Assembly: GCF_964355755.1 (NCBI RefSeq)
Contig: NC_092675.1
Span: 19,130,912-19,194,911, forward strand
Direction of reading: 5' to 3'
DNA: 64,000 nucleotides
Origin: Antedon mediterranea
Lineage: Eukaryota; Animalia; Echinodermata
In this document: one piece after another, positions 41,603 through 56,754 of the stretch
How the letters are laid out: each line of letters opens with the position of its first letter
Position numbering within the stretch: the first letter of the stretch is position 1
Made by a program: the position numbers and the translations under genes
The notes under the pieces: generated by a model
Told to the model about the DNA's origin: nothing
The model's input: the letters and a program-made list of their open reading frames with translations, nothing else
Database searches by the model: none

Positions 41603-42758
41603 TACACTATCGTTGAATATTATCTTTTATTGCATTTAAAATCTTGTTTCTATTAATTGTTGTACATGCATTTGGGGATAAGGTTAACTTGCTCCTTAAG
41701 ATTATTTGTCCTGCGGTTTGAATTATGTTGTGCCTAGGATTATCTAATTATGCAATATGACAAGTGTTGTCAAAAAGATGGCACATACATTATACTCCAC
41801 TTCCTCAAAATTTATGAATACAAATGTTTAAACAAGGATATGTAATAATATTTGTTTCCCACTAGAGACGTAACAACGTTGTAATGTAAGGTTGACCAAT
41901 CACAAACGATGGATTATTCGTATTGTTTCTTGTCATTGGTCAACTTGCTTGCGTTGTGTCTAGGTCCTTGCCTTGTGGGGACCACGCTTACGCAAATTTA
42001 AACTTAGAACCTCTTTTGGGACACCCCTGTTTAGTGGACACTTTCCTATGACACGAACAGGCAATCTATGTTGTCTTTGGCTATGTTTCAACACTACTGC
42101 CAACACCTATTCAGGGGAGACTTGGTTGGGTCCAGCGGGTATCCTCTTAATAGCGTTTCTACTGTAATTCAGTTATTGATGTCAACTTATTTCTCCATAT
42201 GCGTTACCACATGCATTTGTTTATTGTATATCTGATAAATAAGAGTAGTTATATGATATGTCTTACTGATAATTATATATTACCTATATTAATTAATATT
42301 ATTTATTTGAATCTTTAATTTCAAGAGATGAGATACTCTCTAAGTCTAATACCCTTTTCACATCTCCAAAAATTGTTACAACTTGAAACAAGTTGTAATC
42401 GGGTTTGATCTCCTGACTTATTACATGTTTTCATACACGCATACATGAATCTTGTGAAATCTTGGGAAGAAAAAATAGTTGCACGCTATTTAATTGCTGT
42501 GATTGGTCAGTTAATACCAGAGCAATACACGCGCACGCAGCAAGAACTCAGAACATCTTGGAACAAAAACACAGGCCTCTTGTTGGTGTGTTTTTCGAAG
42601 AAAAAAAATTTGTGAAATCTCAGGAGATTTTCCCAAAAAATTGTTTTCACACTGTGCAAACATGGTTACAAGTGTTGTTACATTTTGTGAGTATTCGATA
42701 TCAAATGACGTATTGAACTACATTCATTCATATTTTGCAATATATTTATTCTGTTTAA

Positions 42759-43989
42759 CCCATTGACCCCTAAGTTTATTTTGCTCCCCTGGGACCCAAA
42801 AAGCATATGTCATATAATTAACCCTAACTTTTTTTCTAAACACAGACATTAAAAAAATTAAAAAACAAAAATAATGCAAAGGACATTTTATTTCCAAATA
42901 TGTTATCAAATTTGTGTTACAACTTATTTTGGCGGAGTATGGATTATGCAAATTTTAGAAATATTTTAGGAAAATTATTAAAAATTTGTAATTTATCTTT
43001 GACTACCAAATGCACAAAAATTAATAAATATTTCATAATAAAACTCATCTCTTCATCAGAACCTATTTCTTCTCTTCAAAATAAGACCAAACTTGACCAT
43101 TATGAATGACCGGTTTCGAAATTATGAAGAAATTAGTAGACTGACTCATCCGACGATGACCATATGGGGCCTAGGCCTATCGGGAGCCGCCCCGAGAGCG
43201 TCCTCGCCGCTGTTTGTTCACCGGGAATGTTAAAAAAAACATCCCGAAAGCGACTTGGAATTCGCGATTCCCACGCGCACCGGCATCCCTCGGGAGCTTA
43301 GTCCGCTGTTTTAGACGTGTAGCTTGCAGAAAATTTGACGAAAATGCGTCGAAAACTTATGAAATTAAAACAAGTTTGGTATCAAAATGTTTGTCAAAAG
43401 TTATGCTTCAATAAACTGACCTTTGCGCAGAGTTTGAACAAATATTTCATGCCCATAATGCATCTGACATGTCAGGGTTCATATTACAATCAAAGGTAAA
43501 CAATATGGCGCGGCCCTTGTGAGGACATCTTCACGACTTTTCTCCGGTAGAAAAATCACATTTTTACATGGAAATATGACGATTTAGACACTGTAACTGA
43601 TACATAATCTTTATTTATTATACATTTATTGTATACAAGCTTCAAAATAGTGATTATTAGAAATAAAGATGGATTTTAGACGATTTTACGTTGTATGTCT
43701 AGGCCTAGATTCATTCAACGCGCCTGTCGCGTTTCGAACAGCGTGCTTCGAAAAACGGTTATATTTTCGAATTTTATTTTCAAACTAACTTCAACAATTG
43801 TTTTTATATATTTAGAAGCATATTTTTTAAAAAAAAGTTGTGAGTATTTTGTATAATTTGTTGTTACGATTCATGCACAGCAAACTGCGCATGTAAATTC
43901 GATTTACTTTTTTTTTGTTGAAAATTTGTTTACAATGACCTTGACTTTTAACCTTTTGAGCGCTTTAAGCGCTTATCGTGGTGAATCGG
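42759..43989. mobile_element. piggyBac-like non-autonomous element
   Basis: TTAA|CCCATTGACCCC left end. The degenerate right end GTGGTGAATCGG|TTA lies immediately before the Academ-like element. Confidence 0.5.
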
Positions 43990-43992
43990 TTA

Positions 43993-46900
43993 TAGACCAG
44001 TCGGATCTGGAGGCAGGTGTCACTTTTCTGCAGAATTTTCCAAACCAACTTTTTCTAGTGCATTTTTTGACGTAGATTACGAATCTGGTTGTTGATCGGA
44101 CTAACGTGGGGGCTTTTTAAAGATATAAACGTTTAAAATCTTGATTTTTGAGAGCCGAAATTAATCAAAATAAAACAAATTTAGACAATAGAGGGCGCAC
44201 TTTCTACATAATTATGAGTAAATTGGATTAAAAAAGACTTCGTTGCTGTTAATTTTATTCACGTAAATGTGAAAATAATTTATAAATCTGATCGGTTTTA
44301 TATGCTGAAATTGTTTTAGTAATACACTGTGTAGTATAAAGTTAGTTAGAACTTTTCATTTTCGCGTTTTCAGTGATCAAAAATGATATTGTCTAGGCCC
44401 GAATATGAATGCTTCCAGCGTACGACGTATGTAAACAAAGGACGTTTAAACCGCGATGACCGCATATAAAGTTCGCTCAAGTGAATAGTGGGGCTTTTAC
44501 TAGCCTAGCGTATTGTGACCGTATGCATGAAACATCTTTCTCTAGCTTATCTTGCATGCAGCGCTAGCTTTACATAAACATGTGTACTACTGTTTTTAAA
44601 TTTTTTCCCCCGATTTTTAGGTGGTGTAAGGGCCTAGAACTTATATTATTATTACTGACAGGCTTCTAGAGTAGGCTACTACTACTAGGCCTAGTACTGG
44701 TGTAGTAACTAGCTGGCATAATAATAGCGTAGGTGTAGATGTATTATGGTGTCGTGTGTGTAGTCTTTACAGCTAAAACATTTATTTTTGTATACATAAA
44801 TCTAATAAATGCTGTGTACTACTACCCGTATATTCAGCTGATTATAACAATACATCCAGCAACCCTATCAACCAACGATTTCTCACAGGTGACATCATTG
44901 TTCAGGTGGAAACATTGTGAAAATACTACAACGATATTGAATGTATTATTTATTACGAAAGCTGCATCTAGCATGAACATAATATTTCCTCTCTGACTGA
45001 GATCATGTTTTAAACAATAAAAGAAAATAAGGTTGCCCTAAAGAACTAGCTGTAGAAAATCACATAAAACAATGTTTCTCTGTCCCTGAACCAACATAAT
45101 TCCAATAAACATGGCTATATCATACCAAATGTATTCTACAAAATAAACAGCCAGCATCATATAATAATTATGGTTTAAAATGTCAAAGACCAACTGATAA
45201 ATGTGGAATTTGCGTGTATGGTGGTTTGATTCCATAATAGTAATACTGTATTTTGATGATGAACTATTGCATTTTCTATGTATATGTACAGGCGCGTAGC
45301 CAGAGGGGTTTTTATGGTTCGGGCGAACCCCCATTCCCGACATGCCCAATACCTCACCCTCATCTCTGAAAATCCTCCAAATACGTGCCCCACACAGTAC
45401 AAAAGGTTAATTTGAAAAATTCGTTCGTGAATGGAATAACTCGATACCTTCTTCACTGTATGAGCGTATGTCGAGCGATACGTGTCTGTAAATTTACGAG
45501 TTGCAAATGAATTGCCGATTTTCACCTGAAATCCCTGGATGTAACATGATATTGATGCGTGTATCGTACTCATAAAGTGAGCTGGGGCACGAACGGTTCG
45601 TACAAAGGACACCGCCAGACAATAGCGTACGTACCTATATTGTTTAGATCACGGCAGTCAGCATGCATAAAGTATACCGTAAATCTTCTAATTGTAACAC
45701 TGGGTTATTATATTATTCTTTGATTGTTTTTTAGGGTGGGTTACTACTAGAAGGGGATTACTATTAGAGTAGTGGGTTACTATTACTTGAAAATAGTAAC
45801 CCACCCCAACTATTCCGGTCAGCAGCTCATAGCAAAATAATAAACAGTACGGATAAACACATTTGTTTGAACAGAACTAACTAACTAACTAACTTATAAA
45901 CTCAAAAACACTCAATCCTTCCCCACACCCGAGATCAACATGCATTATCTCCTTATTACTATTAGAGTAGTGGGTTGTTATTATTATAGATTGACTATTG
46001 ACTGGGTTACACTATCTATTAAAAGGAGGGTTACTATTATTAGAGTGTGGGTTACTATTAGAAGATTGATTAATATTTAATTTCTTCAAATTGCTGTAAA
46101 TAAATATAGGTAGAGCTATAATAAGCATTGAATTTGCCTTCTCACACAAAGTGCTTTTTTTGGGGATTCCCCTAGACGTACGTACGTTCACATTGAACTT
46201 GAACGCAAGTGAATGATCAAAAAAGGTACGAATACGATCGTTTTGCTCATTGGTAGCATGCTGCATGAGAGTGTCTTTTCCGACTAATTAGAGGTGCTAT
46301 TTATCATGAATGTTATGTGCGAGAGTATACCATTTCCGGCCATCTAGAGGTGTCATTTAACCAAATTTGCTTCGCCCCTCCAGATTTAGGATGGCTTTTA
46401 GGTAAGGGTGGAATTAAACGACATTAAACTCATTACAAACGTATCAGATTAACATAATTCGTTTTTGCTGTAGCATACGTCGATACACAGTACATAACGT
46501 AACCGTCAGTAAACTTCGCCTGGAAAGTAATACTACGACACATTTTGGTCCCTGGATGGAATATGATATCACGCGTTTGGACACAACGTTGAACGATTTG
46601 TACAACAAAGGGATACCGCCAGACAAGTGCGTACCTATTGTTTAATAGTTGGATAGCTGGCAATAATGAATGCATAATAGCCCTCCGACGTACTCGCGGT
46701 CAATGGAACGTCGCGGTTTTCTAGGCGCTGAGGCTACGAAGTGAACGCCAACGATTTTTACAGTATTCCCCGACTCGACAAAAAGTACCTGTGTTCCCAG
46801 ATATGGGATAGGCTCCCCGACGAGGGGATAGAGCCCATGCGGATACACAGTTGATGATCTTAACCTGGATGTTTTACTATTTTCATGAGATTTAAAACAT

Positions 46901-47651
46901 ATTTTTTCTTAGAATATGCCAATTGCGCATTCTTTTGACATCATACTTTACTAACTTATGACGTCATAGGTACGTTATATGGTAATTTAAATATTAATTG
47001 GAAAGTTTAATACCACATTTATATAGCGGCTATTCTGAATTTATGCTAATTAACCTTTTTGATGTCTGACCGTATCATGTTCATTTCAACAGGAAAATGT
47101 TAGAAAATTGTTTTCCTGCGGTTTCTACATTTTTTTTAGCATAGGATAATGTCATTTAAGCAGTTATAACATAATATATGACGTCACAACTACCTTATGA
47201 CGTCATAGTTACGTCATATGGTAATTTAAATATGCTAGTTTGAAAGTTTAATGTCACATTTATATTTACTCGTAATGCACTTAGGTGGTCTAAAACCAAC
47301 CGTTGAGGAGATATGGGAACTTCAAATGGTAAATGGCGGCCATTTTGAATTTATGCCAATTAACCCACTTTCCGGTGTCCGATTTTGATAAATTTTGGAT
47401 ATGATGTTTATTTGGACTATATCAACTAGACAACACATTTCTGTTGCATTTAACATATCTAAACGATTTCCTCTTCATAAAATGACTTATTTGACCTAAT
47501 TTGACCTTTGACCCTTCATATCTCAAAAACGCCCCCTCCCCGTCGCGATCAACATTCATATTCGTATTCTACAGCCAAAATTACCCCAGAAAAAGTACAT
47601 GAAGTAAATTCTGCAAAAAGTGACACCTACACCTCAAATACGACTGGTCTA
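43993..47651. mobile_element. Academ-like non-autonomous DNA transposon (3.66 kb) with internal repeat fragments
   Basis: TAG...CTA termini; ~45-bp imperfect TIR TAGACCAGTCG...AGGTGTCACTTTT.TGCAGAATTT; 3-bp TSD TTA; no transposase ORF seen. Confidence 0.8.
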
Positions 47652-48750
47652 TTATATATTATGCAAAGCCATGTGAATGAAATATTATATTGATATAAAT
47701 CATGAAAAGGAAATATTTATTTTTTTCCATAAAATTAAAATTTATAAATTTTTAGCTGTTATTTCAAATCCCATGGGATTTGAAATATTAGCTATGTATG
47801 TAATTATCAGCACATGTACAGTATATCATTTTATAATATTATTACAGTTTCCAATTTATGTCAAAAAGCTACTCTAAGTAAAGTTTTATTTTTTAAAAGC
47901 AGTTAACATATTCACTCATTGTTACTACTTTACATTAGAAATTGTTGTTGTGCACATTCCACAACTGTGTTTGTTCATGAGTGTCTGAAGATATAACAAA
48001 CATATTTTTGGTGTTGTTCATTGCCCATATTTAATTGCTCTATATTACAAACTTATTTAAAGACGGGGCCATAGCCAGCATGATAAACAAGGAGCTTGTT
48101 CAATTTTCACTACCCAATTCACCAGCAGAGATCGTCATATTTTATATTAATAATTATATTTAAAGCATTTATGCATCGTCTGTGAGTGAAGATATTTGTT
48201 AATATTTCCATGTAGTGTAAATTTACAAAGATTACCAATCTGAACCCTAAACATATTTTTTTTATAGACCTAGGCCATCACAACAATTTTAACTTTACAA
48301 TACAGTGAATGATAAATTTAATACTTAAATATTTGTTTGTGTATATTGTCAGATTATTAGAATTATTAATATTTATTTTTTCAATGATGATGCATACGAT
48401 TCTATAAGACCAGTGCAATCATATTTTAATGATATTTTGAAGTGATTATTAACATGTATATATAAGAGGTTATTATGTGACGTTGTTAGGTACAGTATTA
48501 TATTCGATTTGTAAAGCGGTAAGATTTTGGTGTGGTGAGCAGGACTGCAGTGCAAAAATAAGTCCAACATTTGCATAAAGATTTATTGAAAATAGCAACT
48601 TGCTTTAAATGATGTTGCTATATTCACCGAATCACGTAAAGATATTTCGTCAGCATTTCACTTAAGTCATAAATTAAGTGGCATTTACGTAGGAGATTTT
48701 TTTAATTGCAAGGGTGAATATAACCAATGTTTACAACATCACATTCCTTA

Positions 48751-48883
48751 ATCTCGGTCTACACTATCAAACTAGTGATGTGCCCAATATGGTAGTGATA
48801 TGACCAAATATGCTAGTGATATAACCATATATAGGCACATCACATTTTTTTGTCACATAAAGTTTGATAGTGTAAGCATAGCT
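48751..48883. mobile_element. Harbinger-type MITE, family A (diverged)
   Basis: gtctacactatcaaact...aagtttgatagtgta, flanked by TTA. Confidence 0.7.
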
Positions 48884-50634
48884 TTACAATCCTCATCACC
48901 ACTCACTATCATGGTGCATGATGATCATTCAGATTACTATTACGGTATATGGACAATACAATTCATTAAAAAAAATTGAATATAGATAAAGTTTTACCAC
49001 AAATGTACAACAACAAATATATTGATTTATGTATATTTCCAACTTGAAAAATTGTGTCATTTCTATTAGATGTATTCAGTTTTTATGTTTCAAGATTTTT
49101 ATTACACAGGCAAACAACAATTACCGTTCCATCTTTTGTATTTTTATGGGTTGTAAATATTGAAAACAATGACATGGGAGCTACCTATCTATTGTAATGT
49201 TAACTAGCAATTCTTAATTACACTTTTTATTTCTGTTTCCTCGTAAATTTGCTGTGTTTTTAATAGTGAACAAATTCCATACTATCAAGTAGTATTACTT
49301 ATTTTATCTCCTAACATGCATTATGTCATAGTTACAAGTGAGAGATAAAACATTTTGTTGATGCATATTTGGAAAATACTGAAACAATTGATACTTTTGT
49401 CAATAACAGTTTAAATGAAATTGTTGGTTGTACGTTAAAATAAAAATGCTATAAATTTGCCGTTACTTAAACAATAGAAAAGACCAAGGAAGAGTGATGA
49501 ATTGCACCCTTTCCCTGAAAAGACCGTAAGCTTGGTTTTTAACTGAAATTATGTTATCTAGTTGCAAATTAAATATGAAAACCAGGGGAGATATAACATA
49601 TCACTAGTTGGCTACAGCCCATGTTTAAATATTTTAAAGACAATTTTAGCAAATTGTGAAAATAAATAATGAACCTTTCTTAGGTAGAATGCAAGATGGG
49701 CTGGGATATAAATGTTAGTACTATACATACAAAATGTTTGTTTAAATACATTTGAAATAGGTACTAATAAGGAATGCGAATTTACTGTATAACAACATAT
49801 GTATGATACATGCGATATTTATTAATGTAATAATGATGATGTAGTTTTAGTTACTGTAGTATTGTATATCATTATATTTGTATGTATATGATTTATGTTT
49901 CTTTTAAAGGTTTATTAAAATTAATCAGCTCTGGGAACAGTTGTTTTTTGTTGTTGATATATCATTAGGTTGGACAATAAGTGAATGTCCTTTATTGTAG
50001 GTGTCATTACTGTTGTTGAGATACACTGAAAGTTGATGGGATACCAGTCTTCCAAATTTGTCTCTTCAAAGTTAGCCTCACTTTCAGTTTACACAGATGG
50101 CTCGGCTCTATGGTAAGTGAATATTCTTTGATAATAATAATAACGTACCACATTTATATAGCACCCTTTTATGAATAAACACGTTCAAAGCGCTTAACAA
50201 ATAGTTCATTCTTATATTTAGTGCAATATATTCTTTGGTATTTTCTACCCGGAGTTTCCCTTTAAAAATAGGCAACGTATAATCCCACCCAAATAGGCTA
50301 CATTGAGAAGGCCTATAAATAGTCTCTGTTGGTCCAGATTTGAGTATTGTAATCGTACATTCATTTTATTAATCTTGCTTGTCTCATTTCTGGGGAATAT
50401 ATTGTTAAGTAAGTAATTAAAATATATACAGATCTAGTAGAATTTTGTATTAGAACTTTGTATTATATAAAATATTATAATTCTATTGTAATCATATTTC
50501 TGCCGCGCCCAGTTGTCGAACATGTCTTAAATCCATTTTGGTATTCCGAATTTAACTCCGTATCCGTATGTGTGTTCGCGAATGATATGATCGCGGGGAG
50601 AGAGCGAACAGTTTGTTAACATCAAACAGGCAAA

Positions 50635-53600
50635 ATGATGTCAGATATGACAGCGATGGAGGAGTTCGAACATCAATTTGCCACTTTATCGGCAGACATA
50701 ACAAGTAAAATCAACGATATACCAAAAAAACATGGAAGTAAGTTTTCAATTGTTCATGATAATAACCATAATAATGCGGACTACCCTAGGCCTAGGCCTA
50801 GGCTAGGCCTGTAACTTTAGGCTAGTATTAAGCCACTTTACTGGGCACTGTGCCGGTTGGAGGTTAGCTAGGACGCCCCTCAAACACAGAGAGCACGGAG
50901 CAGCTAGGCCTAGCCTGGGTGGCCTTTTCCGTGTCTTATTATGGGACGATTCCCACCTTACGTCTCACTTTAGACCAAATTCATATTCATTTTTTTCGGT
51001 ATTTATCAAGTTTTGAAAGGTGTTTAACAATCCGTATTTTATTGATATTGTCAATTATTATTGACAATGTTGATATAATACTACAGTAGGCCTAATATCC
51101 CAATAAATTACAAAAAAAAAACGTAATTTTATATTCAATTTATTACTTCGAAAACCTTGTTTATTTCGTGCATTCGCCAAGCGGCCCACAGAGGGCATAA
51201 CTTGTTTACATCGTTCGCGTGACTAAAAATAGTAAAAAATGATCATTTTCGACAATGTTTTCAAAATGTTTGCTTTATTGCATCTTTATCCATAGTAGTA
51301 GTACAGTAGTACTACCCCATAGTCTCTCTGAAAATAAATTTTTGCGAAAAAAGCTTATTTTATGCTTATAAAATGCATGTCAAAGCCGATGCATTTAAGT
51401 GTGCCAAATCGTCTCAGGGCCGAATCGTCCCGTTACCGATTGAATAATATTTTAATAGCATATTAGCATAATGTTTCCTAGGCCTAGTCCCTACTGGGCA
51501 TATTTAAGCTTTTATTTTTGGTAACCATTTAGACCCTCTTTAATTATTTTGCAGATGAAAAAAAGATTTTGGTTAATTCAGCTGAAAAACAGATGGATGA
51601 GGCTCAAGAACTGGTAAAATGAATAAATTATTATTCATTAACAACAATAATGTAATAATACCTAGTAATGAATTTGTTTAAGGTGGATGTCCCTGGCCAT
51701 TAATTTCATCTTAATTAAGTGTATCTGTGGCAATGGCATATTCACACTCTTTTTGTTATGATGCCAAATAAGACATCATCATGTTCCTTAAACAAATATC
51801 CTGGTGACTGGGACTTTGTGTCATTATGTCTCATGAATTTCCTCCATGGTATCTTATATGTTAATCTTATAGCTAGAGCAAATGGACCTAGAAGTTAGGG
51901 GGATTCCAGCAAAAGATCGCCAGAAATACAGTACACGTGTCAAAAGCTATCAGACTGAACTAACACGTTTAGAGAAAGACCTTGTAAGTACAACAACAGA
52001 ACTGAACTTAAACGATGGTAAAACATGTGCAAATAGATATACAGGTGTTTAATACTCTTGTTTGTTTACAGTTAAATATTGTATAAGTCATTCATGTATG
52101 ACGTTCTAACAATAAAGTAAGTAATTAATGTTACAGTAGTTACCTAGTGAAAAATCGAAGAAAATAGTTAGTTATAATTAGTTATGCAATATGGTTCACC
52201 TTGCTTGCTAAAAAGAATATGTTTAAATAATTATTTTTAAATAGATTTTTTGAAAATATGTATTAAGATAAAGAATACAGATGATGTTTTCAAATTAGGT
52301 GTGATGTTGACTAACACAATACAGTAATTAATAGCCACCTGGACTTATTTGCACACATGCAAAATATTGTAATGTGAAACCCTTCAAACTTTACTACTGT
52401 ATACTGAATTGAATACAACTGCTGTTGATTGTGCAAATCCTCAATGTTGTAAAATTATGATTGTATATTGAAAAGGTATTCATCATTTATATTTTGATGG
52501 TTTTGGTCAGACTTAAGCTCTGTCTACACTATAAAGCTATGTGTGATGTGCCTAAATGTGGTAGTGATATGACCAAATACGGTAGTGATATGACATCATC
52601 ATGTTCATATATGGGCACATCACATTTTTTTTATCACATAAAGTTTGATAGTGTAGATAGAGCTTTAAAATTATCTTTTGTATTGTTTCTGTGCAGTAAC
52701 TACTATTTTTACTGCAGTAATGTATGATTTTGATTTGTTCCAATGTAGAAATTTATTAGTTACAGCAATAAATCAATGCATATGATGACCCCCAATACAG
52801 CTTTCAAAAGAGCTTTACAGCGTCCACATTATCAAACTGGATTGACAAAAAAAAAAGTGCCCATATCTCTGATTTATAGACATCAATACCATATTTTGGC
52901 ACATCACACATAGTGTAGACAGAGCTTTAAAGAGTGAAAATAATTTTGACATGGTCCCTTCTTCTTGTTTCTGATAATATCTATTTTCTTAATGAATTAT
53001 CTGTTTTGATGATTTTTAAAATCGTTTATAATTGTTTGAATTTTACATTTTTGTTAGAGGAGATCTAAAATAGCATTTACTGATTTAGAAACTGGAAGAG
53101 ATGAATTATTTGGATTAGAAGATGTACAAAGTTCAGAAGATCAGGTTAGTCTTATCATAATCTTATCACTACCGTAATGATGCGGGTATAAGCCCACTCT
53201 TGGGTATAATCACAACATCCCTCCACATTCACCCCTCTTTCTCTCTCTCCCCTGCCCAAAACTGGATGTGATTCTTACAAGAGGAGTGGGCTTAACTTAC
53301 ACTCGCGTCAGTACTGTGTTTACTTTGATTTGGTTTAATCACTTACTTTCAACTTTATTTACATCATACATAAACAGTACAATATGTGAAAAGGAGCTAA
53401 AAAATAGCTTTCGCTTATCGAAGTTTGACTCTTGTCACAAAAATTAAATTAGTCAAAATGTTTGTCAAGTTTGATCTAACAACAATAATTCAATAAGAAA
53501 GAAACAACAACTATATAAAAGAAATATAGTAATGTATTTGTAAAAGTAAACATTTAAAACTTCATTTATGAATTTCAATCTTGAAGAGGTACATTTCATT

Positions 53601-55124
53601 GCTAATCAATCATGTAATCATCAATCTGCATGATTATTATCAGCCATTACTGTTATGATCATGCATTATAAGTAACCTTTATTTTTACCTATGAACTGAT
53701 TAATTACTGATAATAATATTGGTATTTATTTTTTCCAGAGAACAAGATTATTAGATAATACAGAGAGGTTGGAAAGATCAGGTCGTAAGTTAGAGGCAGG
53801 GTATAGAATGACTGTAGAAACTGGTAAGTATCAGAGAAAAAAACAAATGAATAGTAAGAAATAATAATTCTGAAATATTAAAATGATAAGTAAACAAAAT
53901 AATATGACATAATTAATATTGAATACTAATAAAATAAAAAATCTCCGACAGTATTCGAACCATATACCTGTTGCTTACAAACAAGCTTATGAAGTCCGTT
54001 ATTATATATACTAAATAAACTATATGATGTAGAGTTTGTGAAAAAGAAAATAATTAGTTCTTTGTTATTAGTAATAAAATACTTTATAATTATTCATAAA
54101 ACACTTTATACCCAACATCTGTTACTACTGTATTATAATGTAACTATTGCTTTTGTACTAGCAAATATTTGTACATTGTTCATTCATTCAATATTAAATC
54201 AGAGTCTCAACTTATTTCTCCATGATTAAATCTACTATTAATAATAATATTTAGTATTGCATTTCAAATTTTCTTTTTGCTTGTAGAACAAATCGGTCAA
54301 GATATTTTAGATAATTTACATGGTGATAGAGAGAAAATCAACAAGTCTCGTCAAAGGGTTAGTTGAAATTCCCTTTTTCTACAATTGTCTGTGTGTCTTA
54401 TTGAACTAACCAGGAAGTGTGAAGTAGAAATGTAATTTGTTAATAAAAGAAATTGTACTGTATACAAAGAAAGTGGAGCCTTAATAATTCATACATTTTT
54501 TTGAATTTCAGTTAAGAGATATGGATTCTACGATAGGTCAGAGTTCAAGAGTATTAAATGCAATGTTAAGAAGGTAATGTTTAAACATTTTATAGAGGGT
54601 TAAATAATAAATAATCCTTTATATACAACCAAGGAGCTAGTGTATGGCCAGCCAACTCAACATCAAAGTGAAAAAGAAAATAATATTCACTAAGGTTTTT
54701 GACAAATGTATAGACGTATTTGTACTGGGTTTCTTTGAGCAGATAGTAGATAAAACTTTTTGCTGTTTATATAAGATTTTGGCCTAGTAGATATATTTAG
54801 TGATAATTCATAAATTTATGTTATTAATAGGAATCGACTAATACTTAATAGTAATAATTTTGAATGTTTTCCAATTGATGCTGTGCTTGGGAAAAATGTT
54901 TCTCATGTTATTGTTAATTTATTGCACTGAGTATTCAGTGGACCTTGGGTGAAATTTCTGCAAAACCAAACCTATTAATGTTATCACTACCACACAATTA
55001 ACTAAACGATATTTTTTTATTTTGCAGAATTGTTCAAAATCGGGTTCTGATGATCTTCCTTGGAATGGTAGTAGTGTCTGTGATTATTATAGGCATCTAC
55101 TTCTCAGTTAAAAAGCATAAATAG
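50635..55124 (+). CDS. VTI1A: Vesicle transport through interaction with t-SNAREs 1A (Qb-SNARE), ~224 aa; exons 50635-50737, 51555-51613, 51873-51983, 53058-53144, 53739-53823, 54287-54357, 54512-54573, 55028-55124
   Basis: EEFEHQFATLSADITSKI...EAQELLEQMDLEVR...EDQRTRLLDNTERLERSGRKLEAGYRMTVETEQIGQDILDNL..DREKI..SRQRLR...SSRVLNAMLRRIVQNR, then a C-terminal TM helix. All introns are GT-AG. Start codon is ambiguous among several Mets. Confidence 0.95.
50941..51438. mobile_element. TIR MITE in VTI1A intron 1
   Basis: GGGACGATTC...CC mirrored by GGCCGAATCGTCCCGTTACCG. Confidence 0.5.
52516..52664. mobile_element. Harbinger-type MITE, family A
   Basis: TTA|AGCTCTGTCTACACTAT...ATAGTGTAGATAGAGCT|TTA. 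Confidence 0.8.
52811..52926. mobile_element. Harbinger-type MITE, family A (diverged)
   Basis: Intact right TIR atagtgtagacagagct; degenerate left TIR. Confidence 0.6.
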
Positions 55125-55324
55125 ATTAGTATTATTAGTTCATAAAACTATTTAAATCTAAAAGAAATGATTTTTTTTTTACCATATTTAATGAGGGTGA
55201 TCCATCCAGCAATTGCTGATCATTAGGGACCCTCAGAGGTTCACAAGACAAACATACACAAGATGCTCTACATAAACAAAGTCTTATTACAAGTCTTTGG
55301 GAGTGGAGTTGTAATTTTGTCCTT

Positions 55325-55400
55325 AGAAAAAATCGGGACTTGAACCCAGGACCCTTGGAGTGGTAGCCAAGCATCATAACCACCAAGCTACAACTCAACT
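55325..55400 (-). mobile_element. tRNA-derived SINE head or tRNA-like relic
   Basis: Reverse strand reads tagcttggtggtt...ggttcaagtcccg (A/B-box-like); no intact acceptor stem. Confidence 0.5.
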
Positions 55401-56754
55401 CAAATAACAAATATGTTCAAATAATAATGAAAGTTAGCTCTATTATTTATTTTGTTATGTATTAATACATTTTTTTAAACCAAGAGTAGTAATTTTTTCT
55501 CAATGCCTAAAATGTGGGCATAAAAATTAAAAAGTAATTTTGAAACAATATATTCCAGTACTATAAAATAGTAAGATTATGCTGTATGTATCAGTTTTTT
55601 GTTTTTATTGATTATGTTGTAGGAAACTTATCTTTAACAAATGTTGTTTCTACAGGATAATAAACTTTAAAACATTCTTTACCTTTACACTAAAAATAAT
55701 CAAGTATTAAAGAGTTAATATAACTATAATGTACAAGTTAAGCCTTATTCCTGCCTGTGTGTTTTTTCTTAGATATAAATAACATGTGCAATATTCACAT
55801 TTTAGCATGTATGGTGTATTCTTAGTTTGTTCTCTGTGAATCTTACTTGTTGTTGCAGATATTATCTCTACAAAGTGCTTTATCAAATCATGTAACCAAG
55901 TGTTGTTATATTTACTCTATACGTGATGTTTAACAGAACTAGTTTCCTTGTTAAATTAAACTATAGAAGTTTAAAAGTTAGATTTTATTAATGATTTTGA
56001 TCTTTATTGAATTATTTGGTTTATTGATGAATTTGATTTGGAAATGTGTGTACTTATGGCTATAGTACTTTATTCCATTAAAATTCTTTGTTATTTTAAT
56101 TGTAAATGTTCCCACCAACTATGTATTTAACTTAAACGGTTCTGTTTACTTCCAAATCAGTAGTTGGTCAATTTGTTTTATCAATTTAATTTAGTAATAA
56201 TACTGTATAATGTGCATGTCTGCTTTAGTTTAATATCTATTTTTGAGAGACTATACAGTAATATTATGTTGCTGCTCCCCCCGTTAAAAACCCTGTTTGT
56301 ATTTGAAACTAGCCAATTGGGCTACTTTGTAGATTTTTCTAGGCCCACCTACAGTAAATCAGGTGTATTTATACTCTTAGTGGGTTATACATAATTCTAT
56401 ACATTGTATGATATAACACCCAATATTATCACAGCATTGTGTGATATGAAAATATGATAACATAGTGTATTATTCTGGTCATACTAACCTACAGGTATGC
56501 CTGGTAGCTTTTACGATATAACAATGTTATCAAGTAGATGCTGACAATAACATCGGTAGTAGTATGACCCATTTTTTTAATGTGTATTTAGCTGTAAAAA
56601 GTATATCTATCTATGTGTTTAGAGTGTATAAAATATTAAATAAGATTTTATAATATTTTTTGTGGCTTATCCCTCACATTTTGTGAATGAACATGCATCA
56701 TATTTAAATGATCTCATATTGTCATGAGAGATAAGTTCTTCAATGATCGTAAAT

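Noticed and set aside
45038-46848. ORFs inside the Academ-like element as transposase or captured genes
   Set aside because: They are short, have no recognisable motifs and show no consistent splice pattern.
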